Shown: in pieces, positions 11,929 to 20,000 of the stretch
Layout: each line of letters opens with the position of its first letter
How positions within the stretch are numbered: position 1 is the stretch's first letter
DNA from: Peribolospora baueri
Lineage: Eukaryota
DNA length: 20,000 nt
Assembly: GCA_029717555.1 (NCBI GenBank)
Contig: JAMDHS010000100.1
Span: 51,024 to 71,023, forward strand
Reading direction: 5' to 3'
Made by a program: the position numbers and the translations under genes
Notes under the pieces: generated by a model
Told to the model about the DNA's origin: nothing
Databases searched by the model: none
The model's input: only the letters and a program-made list of their open reading frames with translations

Positions 11929-14900
11929 ATGGAGCGCTGGTCCACTCTCGTGCCCACCAAGCTCCATGGCTCGAGTCTGCACAAACCAACCGCCGTCTCC
12001 TCGGTCGACAATTCGTACGAAGCCATCGGCCAACTGCCTCTCGCCGTCGTCCTCCGCATCCTCCAGTACACGTCCATACCCGACCTCCCCAACGTAGCCC
12101 GATGTTGCAGGCGCTTGGCCGCCTTTGTTAAAGATGAACGTTTGTGGGCATTCAAGCTTGCCGTACTCGACTGGGCCGAGGACGAGACAGACCGAGGTGC
12201 TGCAGGGCGGGGACAGGCGCAGACGGCAGGCCCTCCAGGGCCGGCTGAACGCTTCTCTCTGTCGTCTCCGAAGAGAGCGATCAAGCCTCCATTACTGGCG
12301 GCAGCGACGGACGATGACTTTGGCGTCTTTACCGCTGGCCGCACATCTGGCGCGAGCGGTGTTGAAAGGGAGGAGGAGGACGATTTTGGGGATTTCACTG
12401 GCAGTGCCGACCGTCCCCCATCGTCGACAGCGGCGAATACGGGAAACTTGCTCTCTTTTGACGACGTCGATGGCCTCGACTCTCTCGCTCCCATCACTTC
12501 AGCGACCGTCGCTGCGCCAGTCTCCCATCCCTCTCGTCCGCCAACCAATGGTTCGGCCGCACCCGGCGGCCTCCCCCGCTCATCACTCTACGTCTTCCGC
12601 TCCCACCATGCTGCCCTCCTTCCCACACTGTTGTCCCTCCGAACATCCCCCCCCTCTGCCCTTCTCTCGCATCCTAGCGCACCCAAAGAGTCGACTCTGA
12701 TAGATCAAGCCGCTTTCCTCAGCCGACTCGCGCGGTTCATTCACCCTCTATTGGAGCCGACCCGTGATATCAGAGGCGTAAATGGTCTCGAGGCTAGGCT
12801 GGCCGAGGGCATGGACTACTTCGAGGGAATGTGCCTCGCCACATTCGAAAGCGCCGACGAGCGCTTCTCCGCATCCTCGCAACAATCCGCCTCTTCGACG
12901 ACGCACGGGAGCGAGGAGACGATGAGGACGGCCGCATATGCGCTTTGGGAGCTGGGAAGGCCCTCGACGGCGGTGTGTAATGAAGAAGAGGAGATTGTCA
13001 GACGAATGCAGAGGATGGAAGGCGCTGTTGGCGTGTGGTTGGAGCGGAGGGAGATTTGGTACGAGAAAGGGTGGGACCCTCTAGCAAATGTCGTGTGAGT
13101 GCCATTCCATGCCTTGGTGCAGCGGCTCGTCTTGTGGCCCTCGTCGAGACTTGCACTGCTGATCGTATAGCTCATATTCTTGTCTTTGCACGCTCGTTCT
13201 CTAGGAAGGTTTCTGGAGCGGCCCCACAGCAAGGAGCTACCCTCGAAACGCTCGACTTTGCACCAATGGATCGTTTCATGTCAGCGGTGTTGTCCGCCGT
13301 TTCTGCGCAGGGCGGCATTATCAACCGGGTCTTTCCGACCCAAGCGGATGTTTTGGTCACGTTCGGGGAGCGGATAGCAAACGAAGTGGTACGTATCATA
13401 CCGGACACCACTTCGTGCATGTCCTCTTACGCTGCCTCACTTCGTCTCATGTCCATGCAGATCGGCGACTACGTATCGAGTTTGCTCTCCCACACGCGTT
13501 CTCTTTCCACTCGACTATACCTGCAATGTGTGGCGGCTGTCTTCGTCCAGTCCCTCCGTCTTGCCGACGCATTGCTATCAGTCGAGCCCAAGACCGAGCG
13601 CTTGACAAAGACCAAGGCCGAGGACATCGTGTACCGAATGTTCGAGCCGTACATGGACGAGTATCTGGGAGAGGAGAGGGAGTTGGTGAAGGAGCGATGC
13701 GAGGATGTGGTTACGCGCTGGGACGAGGAGGTGAGTGGTTCTCTTTGCCTCGCTTAGTCGGCCACCTGACCCTCGTCACAGCGTCTCATCGAAGCATCCA
13801 TGACCGTTATCATTATGCGTCCAGTTTGAGCATTCAACAGCTCCGACCGCTGCGCACTTCCTCACATCAGAGAACCCCACCGCGGTGAAGCGCAACGTCC
13901 TCCACTCCTTTCGCGATGCCCTTCTCCTACCCGTTACCGTGGTCCCCCGCACAGTTACCTATGCAGTCAAGTCGACGGCCGACACGATCAGCTCTCTCAA
14001 CCCGGTGCGTTGGCCGACGTCGTTGGCCGCGGAAGCCGTGCCGCCTACGTATGAGCGGGGTGGAGGAGAGGGCCGGGCCCTTGGGCGCGGGAGCATACTG
14101 GATGAGCTCGAGGAGGTCAACGTGACCGGCAAGCCGTCTCAGCCTTCCTCTGAGCGTGACAGTGCTCCGTCAGCTTCGTCCTCTCGGCCGTCAACCCCTT
14201 CGGTAGCATCTTTGAGCGTCCAACCCGCCAAAAGGTTCTCCACGCTCTCCGCTACTACGACGGCCACGACGCGAGCCAGTGCCAAGTCTACCTTCGAAGG
14301 ATTACAGCTATTTCTCAGCCTTGACGTCGCATTGCAGCTCATTCAGATCGACCGGGATTGCATAAAACGGATTGAGACGTTCCAGGGATATCCGGCCGCA
14401 TATGGCCACCGGGTGAGGGAGGAGATCGAGGAAGTTTTCATTGCCTTTCTACAAGTTCTTGGCGACAAACACATCGGGCCGGGCTTCACAAAGCGAGTAG
14501 CTTTCGTCGGTTTACGGTTGCGAGTTCTCGATTAGTCCATCTGACCTTGAGATCAAAATCTAACCAACAGAGCGACGCAAAAGATCGCCGCCTATGTTCC
14601 CGCCGAGCACGATCCCGTTACACCACGGCCGTCACAGGCCGAAATTGAGCACGCCGAAAGTGGCGACACAAAGCGACACGAGACCGTCGTGGCTCCCCTT
14701 GTGCACTTCTTTGAGCTCGTGCACATCGGAGACACTATCCAACAGATGGTACAGGTTTATTTCGATGAGGAAATGGTGAGTGCTCCGTTCCTCATTGCGG
14801 GCTTGCCTTTTCAGCTAACTGGGGTTTTTCATTAGGCCAAGCACATCGACCGCACCGACTTTCTCAACTCTGCGGTCCGAGAGAAGAAGCGCTTTGAGTC

Positions 14901-15738
14901 GATGCTAGATGAGGCCGTAGCCAAAGGTCTCAACGCCGGCGTCGACCTCCTCATGGGTCAGGCGGAGCACATTATCTCTACGAGGCAAGATCCGAGGGAT
15001 TTCTATCCAGAACAAGGCCAAAGCTTGGACCTGCGTCCGACGCGCGCGTGTAGAGACACAGTGGAGTGCCTCAAAGCCCACTGTCGTATGCTCGTCGGAA
15101 GCACGGACCGACAAGTACTAGAGGTGTTCTATCAGGAGGTCGGCATACGCTTGCACGGGTGAGGCAGGCGACTCTCTCTGATCTTGTATTTGCTCGTATT
15201 TGCTCTGGCGATTAAACTTAGGTTACAATTCTTCGCCTCATAGCATCATCTGCAAACACCTCAAACGCCAAATAATTTCCCTCGACGGCGGTTTTCAGGT
15301 CATCTCCGACCTCAACTACTACTATGCCTTTGTCGCCTCCTTGCGACAATCCAACATCACTGCCTACTTCGAGGCACTCAAAAAACTCGGAAACGTGTTC
15401 ATCATTGATTCGGCCAAAGACCTCGGACAGGTGGTACGGGATGCAAGCATGTATGGTGGTATGTTCAGTCCAGAAGAGGTGTATGAGTTTCTACGAGTGA
15501 GTCGACCAGGTCTTCCGTCGTGGTTTCGCGTGCGCGACTGATGCGACTCCGACTCTTGGAACAACTTGGCGGGCAGGCCCGTTGCGACTTTAAGGCTATC
15601 GAGAAGGCGGTCGACAAAGAAATGTGAGTGTGACGAAGGGAACGAGGTCAGGGTCCCCAAAGGTGTGCGTCAGTCGGCTCAAAGCTTCGACCATGCAGGT
15701 ACGGCTTCAAAGCCTCGGAGGACTGCATCGTATGCTAG
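11929..15738 (+). CDS. RCY1: Recyclin-1: F-box plus Sec10-like domain protein with C-terminal CaaX box (9 exons)
   Basis: Exons 11929-13094, 13205-13388, 13461-13730, 13825-14492, 14571-14775, 14836-15158, 15244-15496, 15577-15623, 15699-15738. F-box LPLAVVLRILQYTSIPDLPNVARCCRRL; Sec10-like motifs FEPYMDEYL, FFELVHIGDTIQQM, EKKRFESMLDEAVAKGLNAG and GGFQVISDLNYY; ends DCIVC-stop (CaaX). Confidence 0.92.
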
Positions 15739-16661
15739 GAGTGCACTGTACTCTCGACCGCCAGCTTCCGAAAGGTGATTAATCATTATAGGCCGTGGTG
15801 GCGGCGGTGGATTGTGGAGGTTAGAGTTAGAAAGGCGGACCTATGAGCATGGATCGGGCAGGGCATGTACACATGTAGTTACCGCATACCTGGACGGCAA
15901 CGTCGGCCACAGCAAGCCTTCAGCTTATCTGTCGCAGAAGGAACGAGATCTCCCTGCTCTCCATGGCAGCCGTCAAATCGCACTCTTCCAAGACTGACTG
16001 GCGTGAAGCGATTCACTTGTCGTCCATGATTACGCTCCACTTTGCCCGGTCCCGACACGGGGAGGTAGGGACAATCAATAACAATATAGTGGCTTTAGCG
16101 AGTCCTGTCGTTGGGATGGGGAGCGATAGCAGCGACGGGGGAGGAGGAGGAGGAAGAGGAGATGGGAGACATGGACGCCACCGTTTTTCTTTTCCGGGGG
16201 CGCTGGCGATGGCGCGGACGGACGGACGAGTTGTTCATCTTACCGCAGCATCCACGTGCTTCCGTTGCCGCAGCCAGCCGCTGGTCGACGAGAGGGGGAA
16301 GCTAGCAGTGCGATTTTCATCACGCACACGATCGTCCGTTCGTCCACGATGATGACCCCTCCAACGCAGCGCGCGCCGCGACCCTCCTTTTGTTCTCGCC
16401 AAGGTTGGTCGCCGCTCGTCTGTCGCACTTAGTCTTCTCAGCCGGCCCATGCGCATGGCATAGCTTCAAAGGCAAGTAGGATCTGATGGCATTACATTCG
16501 GCTGGCATTTGACCGTCCTCTTGGTGTTCGACCATCCTCGCGCACACCCTCGCGCTCTGTCACCATCTCTCGTTAGCACCGGCCGGGAAAATCTTAAGAA
16601 AAACACAAGTTTGCTAACTGCGCATCATATGCGCCGAGCCTCCTTTCATAAACTGATACGA

Positions 16662-16829
16662 TCATACGCCCTCCGTGAGACCGGCACGAGTTTGCAGAGC
16701 GTTTTACAGGTCGCTGACGTGCTTGGACCGATTGGGATATGTCAGGTTGACCGCCTGCCGCAGGCTCGAGATAGAGGCCTCGAGGTCGTCCAGATCGCCG
16801 AGGCACTGATATCGCGTGTCCAGCTGTGA
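16662..16829 (-). pseudogene. Relic fragment (~1.3 units) of a fungal TPR repeat of the type found in TPR-CHAT proteins
   Basis: A minus frame absent from the ORF track reads SQLDTRYQCLGDLDDLEASISSLRQAVNLTYPNRSKHVSDL*NALQTRAGLTEGV*. This matches the repeat consensus as I recall it (R...G.L.DLE.AI...RQAV.LTP..HP.R...L.NLGNAL..R), with an in-frame TAA at 16704-16706 and a short deletion. Confidence 0.7.
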
Positions 16830-17151
16830 TGTGACCGGCCACTGTGTGACGGTTTTGCACTCATTCAGCTAGTTGGCACCATTACATGGCGACACCAGCA
16901 GGGTTCTCGGACTCCCTTTGTGCTTTATAACCTCGTAAAGGCACCACTCTGTTACCCGCCATAGTGACGGAGACTGAGCTCCGCTAGGCGGCCGCCCTTA
17001 CCGTTCACCGGGACGAAAGAGGTCACCAGAGCCCCGTTTCCCCCGAATACACGAGCCAGCTTCTCGTGACGAACTACGACGACCAGTAACGATCCAGCCA
17101 CGAACTGTGACGACCGAACCACAAAGCAGCCGAGCGTTCATAGCGACGTTG

Positions 17152-17192
17152 TTTTTTCTTTGTTTTTCTTTTTCTTTTTCTTTTTAATTTTT
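17152..17192. repeat. T-rich tract (A-rich on the minus strand)
   Basis: ttttttctttgtttttcttttctttttctttttaattttt. Confidence 0.8.
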
Positions 17193-17317
17193 CGATGTTG
17201 GCTCCTCAAACAAGATCTACCCGTAAGAGGCCCGCGAGTTCACCGAGTGACCTCTCGAACCACTCGGAGATGGAGACTCCCGCTCCTCACTAGTCTCACT
17301 GTGCTCCCTACGAAGGT

Positions 17318-17324
17318 ATATAAA
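17318..17324 (+). promoter_or_regulatory. TATA box followed by a long CT-rich leader
   Basis: gTATATAAAgg, then a pyrimidine-rich stretch ~17333-17500, the usual layout of a fungal core promoter. Confidence 0.55.
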
Positions 17325-17596
17325 GGGCTCGCATTCTCCTCTCAGCTGTAGTTAAATCCCTCATTCGTGAATTCCTTCCCCGATCCTTATCCCCATCCTC
17401 GAATCCTTTCCCTCTCTACCCAACCCCGATCCTGATCTCCTTTAGCTTCCCTATCTCATTCTCATCTTGACTCTTACCTCGTTCCCATCTGGACCTCGTT
17501 CCCATGAGGACCGACCCGATCCAACCTGCTCAAAAGCCTTCGCATTTCTCTCCGAGCACACTTCCAGGGCCTCAAATACAAGGTTGGCACCCTGAT

Positions 17597-17647
17597 GGCT
17601 GCCTGACGGGCCCTCGGGCGAAACAGCAAAAGCTTTCTGTCGCAGCT
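17597..17647 (+). ncRNA. Type I hammerhead ribozyme (A9G core variant)
   Basis: Stem I 5' GGCUGC (17597-17602); core CUGACGG (17603-17609); stem II GCC-CUCG-GGC (17610-17619); GAAA (17620-17623); stem III CAG-CAAAAGCUUU-CUG; UC with predicted cleavage after C17641 (GUC triplet); stem I 3' GCAGCU (17642-17647). Confidence 0.8.
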
Positions 17648-17693
17648 TGCTCTTTCTTCTCGTGGGGCTTCGTTTTTTGTCCACAGCAACTTC

Positions 17694-17781
17694 ATGGCCA
17701 CCTCCAGTTGACGACAAAAATCTTAACCCTCGATAAAAGCCGACCTCCGGCTCTCTCCCACCCCTTCGGCGCCCAATGACC

Positions 17782-17817
<36 letters not shown>

Positions 17818-18272
17818 CCGTCCAACGCCATAATAAGCGTCTCGCAGTCGACCCCCTAGGGGAGGAAGACCTGGTGAACAGCCTAGCTGTATCCCACTTA
17901 GAGACACCCCCCTCTTTCCTTGAAATCTACAAGGAGCACGTTGCTGCCTACACCAGCAACGTGTCGAGGGTCCTTCGCGCACAGGCTGGCATCGCCGAGC
18001 TGGAAACAGCGAAAGCCACCGGGGTTTATCCTCCAGCGATCGCCAACGCAGTCAAACTGCCTCCTATCCAAGTTTCAGGCTTTGCTCGACCCCATATCAG
18101 GGAAGACATTGCCTCTGAAAGCTCTGATATGGAGATAGCGGCCCACGCATGCCGAACTACTTTTCTGGATAAACTCATTTGGGTCAGGCGAAAGGAGGTC
18201 GAGCTCCTCACCTGTCTACAAACGGAGGAGAAAGTCGTACAGCAGCCTCCCCTGGATAGATCTCTTGTTTGA
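17694..18272 (+). pseudogene. Disrupted ORF downstream of the hammerhead; probable N-terminal part of a Penelope-like retroelement ORF
   Basis: ATG 17694 is in frame with ORF 17874-18272. Stops occur at 17709 (TGA) and 17721 (TAA); the frame is then open through the poly(C) (poly-Pro) into ELETAKATGVYPPAIANAVKLPPIQVS...FLDKLIWVRRKEVELL. No RT motifs are visible. The family call is inferred from the hammerhead context and recalled similarity. Confidence 0.5.
17783..17815 (+). repeat. Poly(C) homopolymer, 33 nt (poly-G on the minus strand)
   Basis: Direct count of consecutive C residues. Confidence 0.95.
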
Positions 18273-18750
18273 CGCGTTGAAGAAGTCACCGAGGCTACGC
18301 GTCTGTCAGGGAGGACTTCCCTACTCAGGTCGGGTCACGAGCGAGGGACGGAGGGCGGAATGGAGGTCCACCGGAAGTCGACGCAAAGCAAGGAGCAGGC
18401 AAGTCGGGGACAAGGACGAGCACAGGAACGAGGATGGGGCGGAGGCTGGGACGGAGGTACTGATGCTGGACGGGGAACTCTGGAGGAAACCTGAGCGGTG
18501 ACAAAAGTATTCTTAGCTTGGGGAGGAAAGATGCGGACGACACACACACACACATGCGAAGAGCTCGATCACCCACCGTTGAAAGCCAACATTTTAAGGA
18601 GGCACTTTGAATGCATATAAAGTACATAGATTGGTAGAGGAATAATAGAAGACCATGAAAGCGAAATCCGAAGCAAAAGCAAGAGAGAAAAAGCAGAGTT
18701 ATAAGCGTTTGAAGTTTGGGCGGATAAATTTTGTTTTTGTAATGGCTGCG

Positions 18751-19008
18751 TGTAACACGCGGATCGTTTCGGCACTGTGATGAACGTCCGCCGATTGACG
18801 TCGTGTACGAAGTAGGTCGACAAGGGCAAGGTTGCAAGGTCAAGGAAGATCAAGGCAACAAGGTATCAAGGTGAACAAGGCTAGGAACATGGACAAAGGG
18901 ACAAGGACGGGGAGCTAGAGCTAGGTACCAGAACACGGGAGCTAGGAACTATGGAGCACGCGGGTCTTGGACGGGCTTCAGGAGTGTGCGACGACGCGAC
19001 GCGTTACA
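18751..19008 (-). mobile_element. LTR-like element, 258 bp, termini TGTAAC...GTTACA
   Basis: Terminal inverted repeat TGTAACACG vs TGTAACGCG (8/9 match), TG...CA ends, and internal short repeats (CAAGG, GAGCTAG). A purine tract GAGGAGGG lies just upstream on the minus strand. The flanks (CTGCG / GACGC) are not a target-site duplication. Confidence 0.6.
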
Positions 19009-19022
19009 GACGCGCACCCTCC

Positions 19023-20000
19023 TCAGGACCGGTTAGGGAGATGCCCAATACGCTGCACCGCTTGGTCGTAAATTTTTTGAGCCTCTTCGTCGGTGAGCAG
19101 TCGTGACGGCAGCGCCCATGTCAGCGCCATCGCAGCCTCCATCTCGGGGCACCTCGGCATTCTTTCCGCCAACATCCTGACCCAATCCGGCGGCCCGTCG
19201 CCCACAGTAGTGATCAGTTTACAGCGCTCCCACCAAGCAGGCAGGAACCCGCTAGTTTCCCAGTCCAGGATGCAAGAAATCGATTTGGACTCCTGGTCGA
19301 ACTGAATGTTGTACGGCCCGAGATCGCCGTGCGTCATGACGAAGCGCGTACGATCCTCCGGGTTCTTGTCCAGATGCCTAGCGTGCAGCTCCCTCACAAC
19401 CGCAGCAGTAACCGCATCGACGCCGGCATAGACAATCATCTGGTTCAGAAGTTGATCCGCCTGATTGTCGCCAGTGAAGCGAAGAAATCGGCCTTGTTTT
19501 GTGAGGTACCCCTCTTGAAGCGGGCTGTCGTCGGGACTGCAGATCTTTCCTGACGTCAACTGCCTCACTTCGCGCAGATGCTTCCATGTTTCGTCGACAA
19601 CGGCCCTCTTGCATCTCTCGTCCATGGATATCCACGGGTTTGGGTCGATAAGCTTGACGCCCTCCACTATTCCACTCGGATAAAGCTTGACGCCCTTGGC
19701 CTGCTTCATCAGAATGAAATGTCTCTTGGCCTTGTCGCTGTGCCATCTCAGAAGGGTGTCTGGCACGGGAACAGACGTCTTCGCCTTGATGTACTCGATG
19801 ATCCCTTGCTCGGCGGGTGCCACCGTCCTTGAGGACGACCTGGCCATGGATTGAAATTACACACCGCGACGATGTACGATGGACGCACTCGACGTGGCCC
19901 GCGAGCGGGTCGTACGCGTCGAGCTCGCGGATGAACGCTCGACTCTCGGCCGGGTCTTTTGGGAAGAGATCCAAGATGGACGGATCCGGGCCAGAGATGG
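19023..20000 (-). pseudogene. Intronless APH/choline-kinase-like phosphotransferase, frameshifted near 19812-19830; 5' end outside the window
   Basis: ORF 19847-19023 carries E..IEYIKAKTSVPVP, FILM, FVMTHGDLGPYNI (Brenner motif) and ILDWETSGFLPAWWE. The N-lobe strand RCVISIHGQVVLKDG is in a different frame, which stays open to the window edge. No room for an intron between the two frames. Confidence 0.8.

Larger units (their letters stand above)
17318..18501 (+). mobile_element. Putative truncated or internally deleted Penelope-like retroelement remnant (boundaries approximate)
   Basis: Order promoter - hammerhead with palindromic stem III loop - ORF start is the known arrangement of PLE pseudo-LTRs. 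The ORF is decayed, and no RT or endonuclease domain is in view. Confidence 0.45.

Noticed and set aside
15963..16547. Several short overlapping ORFs downstream of RCY1
   Set aside because: Low-complexity translations, with no domain motifs or consistent splice model.
18541..18554. (CA)7 microsatellite
   Set aside because: Real but ordinary; no sign of function.
16950..18757. TGTTAC...GTAACA as termini of a 1.8-kb element
   Set aside because: Only 6 bp, no TSD (CACTC vs CGCGG), and the right arm is better explained as the end of the 18751-19008 LTR-like unit.
18768..18812. GTGATGA-ACGTC...GACGT hairpin as a second hammerhead
   Set aside because: Core lacks CUGA, and no GAAA follows stem II.
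18821..18948. CRISPR-like array
   Set aside because: The repeats are 5-7 nt with short irregular spacers, in a eukaryotic context with no cas genes.

Overview
Eukaryotic, intron-rich fungal DNA, most likely a basidiomycete: short GT-AG introns, two GC-AG introns, and basidiomycete-like gene content. Bases 1-15.8 kb hold five conserved spliced genes, whose exon models I assembled by hand and frame-checked: a Zn2Cys6 transcription factor (+), a COG0523/CobW-type metal GTPase (+), a PIN/XPG-like Asteroid-family protein (-), Spo7 (-) and the F-box/Sec10-domain recyclin Rcy1 (+). The last ~4 kb is an accessory, decayed region. It contains a relic TPR repeat of the TPR-CHAT type, then a unit of TATA box, CT-rich leader, type I hammerhead ribozyme (17597-17647, one core variant, palindromic stem III) and a stop-interrupted ORF with a 33-nt poly(C), which looks like a Penelope-like retroelement remnant. 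Finally, a 258-bp TGTAAC...GTTACA LTR-like unit lies 14 bp behind an intronless, frameshifted APH-family kinase ORF, suggesting kinase cargo inside an LTR retroelement. No database searches were run; family assignments rest on motifs.
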